In this document: piece by piece, positions 11,222 to 24,544 of the stretch
Position numbering within the stretch: position 1 is the first letter of the stretch
How the letters are laid out: each line of letters starts with the position of its first letter
From: Octopus sinensis
Lineage: Eukaryota
DNA: 64,000 nt
Direction of reading: 5' to 3'
Assembly (NCBI RefSeq): GCF_006345805.1
Contig: NC_043012.1
Location: 23,932,001 to 23,996,000, forward strand
Position numbers and translations under genes: made by a program
Notes under the pieces: model-generated
What the model was told of the DNA's origin: nothing
The model's input: only the letters and a program-made list of their open reading frames with translations
Databases searched by the model: none

Positions 11222-11443
11222 CTTCAGATTATGGCACAAGGCCAGTAATTTGATGGGAGTTAGGGTTAGGGTAAGTTGGTTACATGGACCCCAGTGCTCA
11301 ACTGGTACTTATTTTTATTGACCCCCAAAAGAATGAAAGGCAAAGTCAAGCTTGATGGAATTTGAACTCGGAAAGTAAACCCAGACAAAATACCACCGAG
11401 CACTTTGTCTGATTTGCTAATGACTCTACCAACTTGCTGCCTT
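11222..11443 (-). mobile_element. Nin/Deu-domain SINE, diverged
   Basis: Reverse complement reads AAGGCAGCAAGTTGG...TTGCCTTTCATTCTTTTGGGGGTCAATAAAAATAAGTACCAG, the Deu/Nin motif. Abuts (TAA)n. Confidence 0.75.
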
Positions 11444-11489
11444 AATAATAATAATAATAATAATAATAATATACTAATGATGATGATGT

Positions 11490-13250
11490 AACACAACAAG
11501 GGAAGAATTAACGGCGAGAATGAAGGTATAGCCAATTATGGTGAAGGTTTACGTCTGGCATGTCTGAAACTGCCTGCATCAGGGGCAGTGATCCGGCCTT
11601 GGATGGTCATTATGTCACAACAGATCACATACATGGTGTGCACAAAAACAGACATAAGTGGACAAAGGAAGAATACGATACACTAATTGAATGTCATGAA
11701 AGAGCAAAGCTGGAAGGAAGTTGTGGAGTAGGCCGACGTACCTTGAAATTTAGGATGGAAAAGAACATGTGTGCCATGTCAGAGAATAAATTAATGAACC
11801 AAGTGAGAGTGATTGGGAAGAAGGGTTACTTAACTGGAGTAGAAATATCTCGGATTAGTGAGAGTCTGAGAGACCCTGTGGATGGGTTACAAAGGATGGT
11901 TGGAGTTGAAAGCAGAGAGGTAGGAGTTGAAAGCAGGGAGAAGAGCAGACTGGAGGAACAGGGGAATGTTGATGTGGCTGTTAAGGATGAGGAACATTAT
12001 ACAGTGAAGCCTGATACCGTGGTGGGTGGACATGCAGGGGAAATGAACCAACTAGATAATGAATTGTTTGAAATTTATTAGACGACTCACCAATTTGGTG
12101 AATGCTCCAGAAGAAAAATTCCCCATGAATATGGGAAGGGTAGATAGGGGTAGGATAAATAAAGTAACACAAAAGATAAACACTGTCATACCATACATCC
12201 AGACAGAGGACATAACACAAACAAGGAATCTTCTCTGAGCTATTGCGCTACTTGTCGAAAAGAAAAAAGAAAAAAAAGGTGGTGGAACAAAGGAACCATG
12301 GTGGAAACAACGCATTGAAAAGGGACATAATGCGGGCAGGGCAAGATCTAGGAAAAATTGAGCAATGGTTAAGAGGAAACTGGAAAATGGGAAAAAGGAC
12401 CGACCGAGAAAAATTAGAGAAGAAATGTAAAATACGGAAGAACAGGTTTGATGCAGTAATAGAGCAGTTAAAACAGAATCATGGCAAAAAGCCAGAGGAT
12501 CAAAAGATTTATGAACAGAAATAAGCAGTTCAAGGAGTACAGATTGTTCAAAAATAACCCGAAGCAATTCTACCAAACTTTAGAAAGAGATAATGGGGAA
12601 AATGTTGCTCCTGATGCAAATCAAGCCAAGGAGTTCTGGAGCGGATTATGGGGAAACAATGTGGTGCATAAAAGGGATGCAATGTGGATAGGAACTATCA
12701 AGACAGAATTACAATGAGGAAAGAAACAAAGGAACATTGTCATAAGCACGGTTAACATGAAAGAACAAGTGGGTAATGTGCCTAACTGGAAAGCCCCTGG
12801 ACCAGATGGGATTCATGGCTTCTGGCTGAAGTGATGCCATGGGGTGCATGAAAGACTAGCAACCTAATTGAGTGAGTGTGTCCAGAAAGGTACAGCCCCT
12901 GTGTGGTTTGTGACTGGGAGGACGACACTTGTAATGAAAGCTAGAAGAAAGGGGAATATTGTGGGGAAACATGCCTAAACATAATCTGGAAGACACTCAC
13001 TGGAATATGTGCAGCAAAGACATATACTTTCCTGGCACAGGAAGAAATACTACCAAGGGAAGAAAAAGGATGTAGGAAGAATTTTCAGGGTACCAAAGAT
13101 CACCTGCTCATCAATAAAACAGTTTTGAGGCATTGTAAAAACATCATACAAACATATCTATGGCTTGGATTGACTTTAAGAAAGCATATGATACGATAAC
13201 TCATTCTTGGATCGTCGAATGTCTGCAGATGTTTGGTGTTGGGAAATGAA
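11490..13250 (+). mobile_element. R4/Dong-clade LINE, 5' half (N-terminal Myb-like region to RT motif 3), degraded
   Basis: RHKWTKEEYDTLIEC...ENKLMNQVRVIGKKGYL; RLFKNNPKQFYQ; EFWSGLWGN; NWKAPGPDGIHGFWLK; TGRTTLV; GTKDHLLINK; AWIDFKKAYD; HSWIVECL. Contains stops and frameshifts. Preceded by (TAA)n at 11443-11470. Confidence 0.9.
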
Positions 13251-13295
13251 GGAAATGGAAAATGGAATTCCAGAGAATCAGTATTCATCACAACG

Positions 13296-13698
13296 ACTCT
13301 TTTACTTGTTTCAGTCATTTGACTGCGGCCATGCTGGAGCACCGCTTTTAGTCGAGCAACTCGACCCCGGGACTTATTCTTTGTAAGCCCAGTACTTATT
13401 CTATCGGTTTCTTTAGCCGAACCGCTAAGTGACGGCGACGTAAACACACCAGCATCGGTTGTCAAGCGATGTTGGGTGGACAAACACAGACACACAAACA
13501 TACACACACACACATATATATATACATATATACGACGGGCTTCTTTCAGTTTCCGTCTACCAAATCCACTCACAAGGCTTTGGTCGGCCCGAGGCTATAG
13601 TAGAAGACACTTGCCCAAGGTGCCACGCAGTGGGACTGAACCCGGAACCATGTGGTTGGTAAACAAGCTACTTACCACACAGCCACTCCTGCGCCTAT
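13296..13698 (-). mobile_element. SINE family A, full-length, young
   Basis: Reverse complement of the 9717 copy. An older partial copy follows at about 13730-13890. Confidence 0.95.
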
Positions 13699-13967
13699 TT
13701 CAATCCATCGACTGTTTCAATCCATCGAGCTTCTTTTAGTTTCCAGCAACCAAATCCATTTACACGGCTTTGGTTGCTCCAAGTAGAAGGCTACAGTAGA
13801 AGACACTATCCCAAGATGACATACAGTGTAGGACTGAACCCAGAACTATGTAGTTGGGAAGCAAACTCTTTACCACACAGCCATGGCTGTGTCGGTATTT
13901 ATTCATTTTTTAGGAACTTTTTTGTAACTTCTTTTTATATTATTTCTTTGATGAATTTTATAGATCA

Positions 13968-14346
13968 CTAGCAGTATCGCCCGCGTTGCTCAGTTTGTAA
14001 GGGAAATAACTATAAAGCATTTTTAGAGAGATTATAGCCAAAAAATAGCAAAGAATGGAAAAAATGCTGGTAAATTTTTTTTGAGAGTTAAAAAAGGTAG
14101 AGTTGCGTCCCCTAAACGGTCTGTGGTTTTGGTTTCTAATTCTCGACCCCATGTCGATTTATCGATTTTTTTCAGAACTGGGGAAACTTTTCAAAATTTC
14201 GCTGCGTTAGTTTTTGAATTATGACATTGGGCTATGTGTGTGTCAAGTTTCATCAGAATCGGTTGAAAGCCATGGTCAGAGTGAGGGTACGAGAAAACAG
14301 ACACACAGAAAACGCACAGACAAACTGCCGTTTATATAGAGAGAGA
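13968..14346 (-). mobile_element. Non-autonomous Helitron
   Basis: Minus strand reads A|TCTCTCTCTATATAAAC...GAGCAACGCGGGCGATACTGCTAG|T: 5' TC, 3' CTAG, GC-rich degenerate hairpin near the 3' end, inserted at an AT dinucleotide, no TSD. Confidence 0.8.
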
Positions 14347-15181
14347 TGCTTGTTGATATTCTTTATAATCATCATCATCATCATCATAATCAGCACCAAT
14401 TAAAAATAATTTATTTACTATTTCCTATTTCAGGGCTGCCTCTGAAATCTCTCTCTCTCTCTCACCACTCACTTCACTCACATCATTATTCAAAATTATG
14501 GGGCTACCATGTATTTCCTTTCTTACAGAAACAAACTGCAACACATTGTTTCCTTCCAAATTTTATAATTTAAAAATTTTTTTTAGTATTTCTATTTTTG
14601 ACCCCTCCCCATCTCACTCTCTTTCTTTCCCTCTCTCTCTCTCTCTCTCTCTCTCCAAGTTTCTTCTGCGTAACAGCTGTTGTATTTAGTTCACCTGGAA
14701 ATTACAAAACGCTTCAACTTTCATCTCATATATAAATACATAAATAGATATATATATAAGATATACCCAAACACACTCATATACATATGCATACACATAC
14801 ACTTATGCAAACACACACACACACACCACAGATGCAAATATATATAGAGAGAGACATGCACACACACCTACACACGTGCTTACAGATATATACACATACA
14901 CCCACACAAATGTACAAGCACATATTCACATACACACATGCAAGCACATCTTGCCTACATATACATAATATATATATATAGACACACACACACACAGGTA
15001 TATTCTGTACCTGTTCCATAAATGCTTAATACTAACTACCATTATCCATTACTAAACCAGTATTAACATATTAATATTAATATTTGAAAGTGACCAGCCA
15101 GACATTTCACAGTTACCAGAATCCCTTCCGACACAGGAATTCTTTTCCCACTTTCTGTTTAAATCAGAGCTATTTACTCAG

Positions 15182-15217
<36 letters not shown>

Positions 15218-15289
15218 ACAAAACAACTCTAATCAATAGAATTTGTGATTAATTATGAATTATTTCCATATTTGATCTTTAACATCTTT

Positions 15290-15835
15290 CAGACTTTTGG
15301 ACTGCGGTCAAGCAGGGGCATTGTCTTGAAGGGTTTTTCTTGAACAAATTGATTCCAGTAATTATGTTTTTGTTTTTGTTTTCCTTACTTTTGGCAAATC
15401 TGTTTTTTTTTATTTTATTGGTCACTTTTGCAGAACTGCTAAATTTCGGGGACATTAACAAACCAACACCAGTTCTCAAGTGTTGATGGGAGACAAACGC
15501 AAACATAGACAGATGCACAAGAAGTTTGCTTCCTAAGCACATAATTCTGGGTTCAATCCCACAGTGTGGCATCTTGGGAAAGTGTCTTCTACTATAGCCC
15601 TAGGTCAACCAAAGCCTTGTCAGTGGATTTGGTAGATGGAAACTGAAAGAAGTCTGTCATATAAGTGTGTGTTTGCATTTGTCCCCACTACTGCTTGACA
15701 ATCGGAGTTGGTTTGTTTATGTCCCTGTAATTTAGCACTTCAGCAATAAAAAAAAAAGTACAAACCTTAAAGAAAATAGTGCTGGGGTCAATTCTTTTAA
15801 CTTAAACTCCCTTCAACGTGGTTTCAGGGCACAGT
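15290..15835. mobile_element. Two old SINE family A remnants (minus 3' part, then plus copy)
   Basis: Degenerate GACTGCGGTCAAGC and AACAAACCAACACCAG, then GGGTTCAATCCCACAGTGTGGCATCTTGGG. Confidence 0.65.
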
Positions 15836-16349
15836 CCGAACCGAAAAACAAGTAAAATAATAATAAGAGATATAATATGAGTGAGTGGACAAACAAAAGA
15901 CAGAGGCACTCAATACATTTAGTAGGGGTTATGGTATTATTCAAAAGGGTTTGATTTGGTCCCTGCAAGTTTTGTAGGATCATTACAGAAATGTCAAGTT
16001 GCATGGCACTGAATCAAATTGTTTTAAATCATAATAATCCTAACAACTACTATTATTCCCATTGTTCCATGCTAGATAGTTACTGATTTTTATGTGCTAA
16101 AGTTAATGGTTATCTCACCCATTTGGTGATTAGTAGCAAGCTAGATAAGGAAGGATTTGTGTGAAATTCCATTTCAGATAGGGAGAAGTATTTAGATATT
16201 TGGTGTGGAATATTTAAGTTCTGCTGCAAGGTCACAAGAGGTACCAATATTACTAATAAGGAAGAAAAACCAAAGACAAAACCAAATCTGGACAACCTCC
16301 CAAAACAATAAATGGCATGTGTAAAAAAATTCGAGCGAGGTCGTTGCCA

Positions 16350-16570
16350 GTACCGCCTGACTGGCCCCCGTGCAGAATTGTTAACACACCAGACAAAATG
16401 CTTAGTACCATTTTGTCTGTCTTTACATTCTGACTTCAAATTCCATTGAGATCCAACTTGGCCTTTCGTCTTTTCAGAGTTGATAAAATAAGTACCAGTT
16501 GAGCACTGGGGTCGATGTAATCAACAAGCCCCCCACCCGACCTCCCAAATTTCAGGTCTTACGTTTATTT
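16350..16570 (+). mobile_element. Nin/Deu-domain SINE, diverged
   Basis: GGCCTTTCGTCTTTTCAGAGTTGATAAAATAAGTACCAGTTGAGCACTGGGGTCGATGTAATC, matching 56436-56666. Confidence 0.75.
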
Positions 16571-17705
16571 TAGGAAGGTTTACCATTGGAGGGTTGGTTA
16601 ACCCTGAAACCTTCCTACATTAAAACATTCCATCAAAATTTCATGTTAATTTGTCTTCCAAATCATTAGCCTAATAATGACAGGTATTTCATATTTGGTA
16701 GCTTAACTGTTTTCATGCCAGGTAATATTTACCTGGGGTCAAAAATGGTTCTGCAGAATAGCAGAAATGAATGACATCCATTTACAAGAATCCCAAAAGG
16801 TCAAGATAAGGTGACGCAAACATACATACCCACTCTCCCCACCCACAACATATGTTGGGCTTCTTTTAGTTCCTGTCTACCAGGTCCAGGTGCTTCCCCC
16901 AGTCCTGGGGTCAAGCTGACCAAGACTCTCCAGTTCCCTCTCTGTTGCACTTATGCATACAATTAGCTGGGTTCTTTTCTCTAGATCATTTCTTTATGGT
17001 GCCACTCCAAGATATACCATCATACAAGTCAAAATTTTCAGACCCAAATTTACAACCAAAACAGGTAGATCATCTTATACACAAAGATGAATCTGGAGAC
17101 CAAATATTCCATGGGAAATTCTGTAGAATTTGGAAAGATCTGGACAACGTTTGAATGTTTGCATTATATAAATCTTCAACCTGTATGGCCGAAAATACAG
17201 TATTTCTTAATTTCCAACTTAAACACAGGGTCAGAAATTTTAAGGGTTTCGGAAAAGTGTGCTTGTCATATCAGCTTATTACTTGACTACTGCTTAGTCT
17301 ATGAAGCCCTGGAGGAATGAAAAACAAAGTAAGTTTGACTGGTTTTGAACACAGGCCAAAGAGAATGCAGTAATGGGGAGTGGGGGGTCAATACAATACA
17401 ATGAAATACTGCAAAGCATTTTGTCCACGGCGCTACCAAAGATACTACGATTTACGCCTTGATTAATTTAATGGCAAAAAAAAAAAAAAAAAAAAAAACA
17501 GAGACTTGTAATAAAATAACAGGGTGCCTTCTAATGGACACACATCTGCGCACGCACGCACACACACACACACACAAATAACACCCTACCTTTTTTTTGT
17601 TATTTATTACATTAATATTTGTCTCTATTATAATAACTGCGTGAGGAACTATACGAGTATAATTGCAAATGCGTTTATGTGCATTAAGAGTGTGCATGTG
17701 TTGTT

Positions 17706-17740
<35 letters not shown>

Positions 17741-18274
17741 CTGCATGCAAATGAAAGGATGATGCGTGAGTCTATTCTGGTGTTGGTAGATAATATTTTT
17801 GCTAGTCTCTGTGTTTATATTCTTTGTGTTGCATGTTTTTTTTACTGTTGTTTTCCTTTATTCATTTCTTATTTTTCTTATTGTACTTTCCCCTCTTCCT
17901 TCTTCTTCTTCTTCTTCTTCTTCTTCTTCTCGGTCTTTTCAGTAACAGCTTGCTCTAAAAGGAGACAACAAAGAACGTGTCTCATATTATACTGAAGGTG
18001 TTCCTATCAAACGCGAACAAAAAGAAAAAAAAAAGTATGTGGTCCAGGACAGTGATCACAGCATGGTGGTGGTGATGGTGGCGATGGTGGTGATAACATG
18101 ATGGTGGGGGTGGCAGCGGTGGTGATGTACTGTAGCATTACTAATAACACATTGTAACGGGATTACTAATAGTTTATCTTAAAAGACAGATACACATGCA
18201 CAGATACACACACATTTGTAGATGTGTTCATGTATATGTGTGTGTGTATATATATACATACACACACACATGGA

Positions 18275-18310
<36 letters not shown>

Positions 18311-18393
18311 CACACACACACACACACACACATACACACACCACACACACATACATACACACAATACTTATATATACCTATACATATATATAC

Positions 18394-18430
<37 letters not shown>

Positions 18431-18464
18431 CATACACACACACACACAATACTTATATATACCT

Positions 18465-18507
<43 letters not shown>

Positions 18508-19019
18508 TACGTTTATATACACATGTATATAAACTACTCAGGGAGAAGATGATAACAATAGGGTGTTGTAGAGGTGGCTGAAGAAATGAATTACAGGACA
18601 ATGGTGACATCTTCATCATCATCATCATCATCATCATCAAGGTGAACAACAATAGGACTTTAGGAAGCAACAGTAACACTACCACCACCACCACCACCAC
18701 CCCAAACTGATTCACAGTTTGGGTGTGGTCGGACGTTAGCCTGATTTCTGCAAAGGATAGTAAGAAAAGGATAGAAATTGAAATCATAATAAGTTGACTC
18801 TTTACTATTAATTTTTACTGTTTTTAGTCAGTTGTTAATTATTTATTTTTTACCTTTTTTTTTTCTCATATTGATAACAAAAAAAAAAGTAAAGACAACA
18901 GAAGAGGTGACAGTTATGGCTTCTCCAAAAGGAAATTCTTGCCATGTGTGTACCTGTTCTCATGGAGATTTCACACTGAGTTACTGCCCAGTAGAAAGAA
19001 AACTTACTGAAAGGGCCAA

Positions 19020-19400
19020 TTCTGAAAATGGTTAATGAATTTACCTGGCTGGGAAGTACCATAAATTCAACAGAAAATGATGTCCAGCTAAGAACTGCAA
19101 AAGCATAGAATGCCCTATACAGGCTTGGAATCATATGGAAGTCCTCCCTTCTTGACAACATGAAGAGAAGTTTCTTCAAAGCAGTTGTTGAATCAGTCCT
19201 TCTTCTCTGTGGTCCTTCAGCCATGGACACTGAGTAAGAGAAGTCAAAAGAAGCCTCAGGGGTCATGCATGAGAATGCAGTTCTCAATCTCTCTTGGCAG
19301 CATCACCCAACAGACAAGCAGCTGTATGGCGATGTTACGACCATCACCCTACAAAGCAGTGGTTGTATGGCAATCTTACGACCATCACCAAGACCACAAG
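19020..19400 (+). mobile_element. Old RTE/RTE-X-like LINE fragment (post-RT region)
   Basis: VNEFTWLGSTINSTENDVQLRTAKA*NALYRLGIIWKSSL...FFKAVVESVLL resembles F.YLGS...RIAKAW.AL..L..IWKS...ESVLLYG. Confidence 0.7.
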
Positions 19401-19853
19401 GTTGGAGAACAAGTTTCTTAATCACACACCTGTGTTTAAGTATAAACTTTTACCATTGGCTCATTTCAGCCATTGGGCTGTGGCACCAACTTGAAAGGTT
19501 TCAGTCAAACAAATTGGCCCAAAGACTTACTTTTCAAGTCAGGCACTTATTCTATTGGTCTCTTTTGCTCAACTGCTAAGTTGTAGGGATGTAAACAAAC
19601 CAACAATACTTATCGAACAGTGGACAGGCAAACACACACACACACACACACATATATGGTGGGCTTGTTTCAGCTTCCATCAACTGAATCCACTCACAGG
19701 CCTTTGGTTGGCCTGGTGCTATAGGAGGAGACAATTGCCTAATGTGCCAGACAGTGGGACTGAACCTGAAACACAGAGGTTGGGACACAAATGTCTTATA
19801 ACACAGCTATTATATTTTACTATTTTTTCATTCTCTTAAAAGAAATGTAACCA

Positions 19854-20259
19854 AGGCGCAGGAGTGGCTGTGTGGTAAGTAGCTTGCTTACCAACCACAT
19901 GGTTCCGGGTTCAGTCCCACTGCGTGGCATCTTGGGCAAGTGTCTTCTGCTATAGCCCTGGGCCGACCAATGCCTTGTGAGTGGATTTGGTAGACGGAAA
20001 CTGAAAGAAGCCTGTCGTATATATGTATATATATATATATGTGTGTCTGTGTTTGTCCCCCTAGCATTGCTTGACAACCGATGCTGGTGTGTTTATGTCC
20101 CCGACACTTAGCGGTTCGGCAAAAAGAGACCAATAGAATAAGTACTGGGCTTACAAAAGAATAAGTCCCGGGGTCGAGTTGCTCGATTGAAGGTGGTGCT
20201 CCAGCATGGCCACAGTCAAATGACTGAAACAAGTAAAAGAGTAAAGAGTAAAAGAGTAA
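19854..20259 (+). mobile_element. SINE family A, full-length, young
   Basis: Full head-to-tail match with an (AAAGAGT)n-type tail. Confidence 0.95.
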
Positions 20260-20637
20260 GGCACATACAGAGTCACAGATTACACACACACACACACACA
20301 CACATGCATACACATTCACACGTGCACATACGCACATACAATAAGGAAAAAAGGAATTACAACAGAACGAAACTCAAAGACATTGCTTCATAAAGAAAAA
20401 AATTGGGATACATTTATTACAGACACTCAAACGCATATACAATCAACCACACATGCATTCACACAAACACACACACATACACACGAGGATACACACACTT
20501 TCACTCAGAGACAAACACAGAGTCTTATACATGAATACACATATTCATCCCAACACATACACAAGCATTCACGCAAACACATAATCGTAGTTATGCAAAC
20601 ATGCATACACACTCTCTTTCTTACACACACACACACA

Positions 20638-21265
20638 CTGTCTAACACAAACATTCATACACATGTTCACACACATTTTGTCTCACACATACACATGCTC
20701 ATATGCACATTTATACACTCACACACATACACACACACACACTGTCTAACACAAATATTCATACACATGTTCACACACATTTTGTCTCACACATACACAT
20801 GCTCATATGCACATTTATACACTCACACACATACACACACACACACACTGTCTAACACAAACATTCATACACATGTTCACACACATTTTGTCTCACACAT
20901 ACACATGCTCATATGCACATTTATACACTCACACATACACACACACTGTCTAACACAAACATTCATACACATGTTCACACACATTTTGTCTCACACATAC
21001 ACATGCTCATATGCACATTTATACACTCACACACATACACACACACACACACTGTCTAACACAAACATTCATACACATGTTCACACACATTTTGTCTCAC
21101 ACATACACATGCTCATATGCACATTTATACACTCACACACATACACACACACACACACACGCTGTCTAACACAAACATTCACACACATGTTCACACACAT
21201 TTTGTCTCACACATACACACACTCATATGCACATTTATACACACAAACACACACACACACATTCA
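20638..21265. repeat. Minisatellite of 6 units (98-110 bp) with variable (CA)n
   Basis: CTGTCTAACACAAA starts at 20638, 20742, 20848, 20946, 21052, 21162. Confidence 0.95.
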
Positions 21266-22420
21266 GATGCACTATCAGACACACATTCATATATACATTC
21301 ACAAATACACACACACATGCTTAGATACATTCACATATGCATAAACACATATAGATACATTCACACACACATGCATTCACATGCACACACATTCACATAC
21401 ATATAAAAAAACACACACTCATATATATGCATCCACACACACATACACATTCATATAAGCATTCACCCGCATACGCACACACACACACATTCACTCTTTT
21501 ACAAAATGGCAAGACTCGTTACAGAGCAATTACAGAGGTTTTTAGTTTCTGGATGGCACCAACCATATTTAGTTGCATTTATTTTTATATTCTATTTTTT
21601 CACCTCCAAATTGTGAAGAGATCCGTTCTGTATTGGGTACAGGAAGAAGAAGAAGGAGAGGAAGAAGATGAAGAAGAAAAAGAACTGAGCTTCTGGAAGG
21701 AGGGGGTGGCAGGAGCGTTGAGCTTCTTCAACGCTTAAGACCTAATTGACTTGGAAAACTGGAATAAATCATACTAGACTGGAATTAAATCTTGAAGTGG
21801 CACTATTTTATGAACTCCCACTGAAAAATTAACAGAGTATACAAGAATTTTAATAGGCACTTGCAATATAACCTTTTAACAAAAAATTAAAATCCTTCCA
21901 CTGTAATTTTTATTTATTTATTTTTATTTCTTCGTTTTTACATATTTTTTTTTTGAAATTTAGATTTTTTTGTATAATTTTTTTTTTGTTTTTTTTCTAA
22001 TGTTCCCTGTTTTGTGAGTTCGCAAAAAGATTTGGTATTTATTAATGTGTTTTGTTGCACTCTTATTTACTGTCACCACTGGGTTTGTTTTTTTTTTATT
22101 TCAGTTTTTTTTTTCTCGTTATTATTAAGTTTATTTATTTTTGTTTTGTTTTTTTCTCAGAGAAATATAAAAAAGAAAAACAACAACAAAAAAACTGACA
22201 ATAATATTAATGGAAAAAGAATAGTAAAATAATGACAACCACCACCAACAATAACAACAATAATTCTGTCATGAACACAACACCTAATAATAATAATAAT
22301 AATAATAACAATAATAACAATAATAATAATAATAATAATGATAATAATTATAATAATAATAATAATAATAATAACAAAAATAATAATAATAATGATAATA
22401 ATTATAATAATAATAATAAC

Positions 22421-22597
22421 CCTTTCTACTATAGGCACAAGAATAGAAATTTTTTTGGCAGGGTGGAGGTGAGTTAATTACATTGACCCAAGTATTCAGC
22501 TGGTACTTATTTTATTGTAACTCAGAACGTAAAGACAAACGAAATGCTGCCAAGCATTTCGTTTGGCATGCTAACAATTCTGCCAGCTCACTGCCTT
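22421..22597 (-). mobile_element. Nin/Deu-domain SINE (internally deleted) embedded in (TAA)n
   Basis: CCTTTCTACTATAGGCACAAG...CTGGTACTTATTTTATTG...TTCTGCCAGCTCACTGCCTT, with (AAT)n on both sides (22230-22420 and 22598-22630). Confidence 0.75.
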
Positions 22598-24034
22598 AAT
22601 AATAATAATAATAATAATAATAACAATAATAATGATGATGATAACATGCACAAAATGCAAATAAACAAATAAATATGGCAATTTACCATTAAATATTCTC
22701 ATAAGAGTGGGTTTAGTTAGCAAGAATTTAAGTAAGGTTTGAATTTAAAAAAAAAAAAAAAATTTCATCATTTTAAATTTGATTCCCCAAAGAAAATGTA
22801 AAATGAAACTTTAAAAAAATTTTTTTTCCCACCTGAAAAAAAAAAAACAAATTGAACTGAACTACATACATAAGCTTTATAACAATTTTTCAGCAACATA
22901 AATTATATCTCTTTCCCTTCATCAATAACCAATTGACAATATTAAATTCTGATATTACTTCTGCCATGTGCATGCACGAAAAGAGTCATTATATACATAC
23001 ATGCACATCACTCATACATAAAGATACACATATACAAATATAAACACACACACTATATCATCATCATCATTTAACATCCTCTTTTCCATATTTGCTTCAG
23101 TCAGACGGAATTTACTGAGGCAGATTTTCTATGGCCAGATGCCATTCCTGTTATCAACCACCTTTTTCTACAGAAGACAGGGAAAACATCCTGACTTCCA
23201 TCAAGGAAATGCTTGTTTACAACCATAAGGTGAGGTCAGGAAAAATGTCCACACACGCACATAGATACATACATATGTAATGGGCTTCGCTCAGTTTCCA
23301 CTCATCAAACTGAATCACAATGTTTTGCTTTAGCCCAGGGCTACAGCAGAGGACAGTTGCCTAAGGTGCCATGTGACAGAAATGAACCAAAGATATCACA
23401 TAGTTGTGAGTCTGTATGTAAGCAAGTCTCTCAGCTACACTGCTATGCATTCAACTCATAAACTTGGTCATAATAACAACAGTCATTGCCTCCATCTCAT
23501 ATATATATAAATATATATATACACATACATACACACACATATACATACATATACATGCACGGGCATGGCTGTGTAATTAGGAAGCTAGCTTTCCAGTCAC
23601 ATGGTTTCAGGTTCAGTCCCACTGTGTGGCACCTTGGGCAGGTGTCTTCTGCTATAGCCTCAGGTCGTCTGAATCCTTGTGATCGAATTTGGTAGGTGGA
23701 AGTTATTGTCATGTGTGTAAGTGTTTGTGCCTCCTAACAGAGGGAAAAATTTTCATACACACACACATATATATACATACATACACACACACATAATTTT
23801 AAATTTGTGTACACACCTGGTAGCATACCGTTTAAAGCTTGTTCCCTGTCTTCATCTACCTGATGTCATCAACAGACGAATAACGAAATGTATTATAATT
23901 GAAATAAGCAAAACTGGGATTAATGACTTTTGAAAAGTCACCTGATAAGACACATCTGCACGGAATGATGCATCACAACCAGTTGTACAGAGAATCCCAT
24001 GCACAGTGATTAAGAAAGGACGTCATGAATCCCA

Positions 24035-24370
24035 TACAGCTGGATGCCCTTCCTAATGCCAACCACTCCGAGAGTGTAGTGGGTGCTTTTATGTGACACC
24101 GGCACGAGGGCCAGTCAGGCGGTTCTGGCAATGACCATGCTTAAAAGGTGTTTTTTATGTGCTACCTGCACGGGAGCCAGTCCATGGCCCTGGCAATGAT
24201 CATGCTCGGATGTGCTTTTAACGTCCCACTGGCACGAGTACCAATCAGGTGGTATTGTCATCGGCCACGTCAGCAATTTTGATTTTGATTCCACTTGCCT
24301 CAATAGGTCTTTGCAAGCCAAGTCTATTGTCCAATGAATAAGGTGCATTCATAAGTGGGCTGGTTACACC
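24035..24370 (-). mobile_element. RTE-related 3'-end element, older copy
   Basis: CTGGATGCCCTTCCTAATGCCAACC plus repeated GGTG.TTTT.TGTG motifs. Confidence 0.75.
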
Positions 24371-24544
24371 CAAAGATATAACACTCAAAAGTATAGAATA
24401 CTAAACTGCACTTTTGCCAACATACAAAGAATTTACACCAACAAGTATGTAGCTCCCTTTTACTTTATAGTTTAGCTGTCTTGATATACAGGGAACTATT
24501 CAGCTGTATATATACATACATACATATATATAATATAATTAAGA

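Noticed and set aside
11257-11275. TTAGGG repeats as an interstitial telomere
   Set aside because: Only two units, inside a SINE remnant.
16178-16311. Plus-strand acceptor followed by 43 open codons (DREKYLDIWCGIFKFCCK...)
   Set aside because: The length is within chance given the many AGs, and there is no recognisable homology or linked exon.
17943-18040. Acceptor after (CTT)n giving ...SKRRQQRTCLILY-stop, resembling a CAAX tail
   Set aside because: The extra Tyr breaks the CAAX rule and the poly-Y tract is a simple repeat.
18660-18747. Strong minus-strand acceptor followed by NQANVRPHPNCESVWGGGGGGGGSVTVAS-stop
   Set aside because: It runs into a (GGT)n repeat, has no donor or homology, and cannot be linked to other exons.
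22815-22850. Minus-strand poly-T CAG|GTGGGA as another ratchet point
   Set aside because: The donor half is weak.
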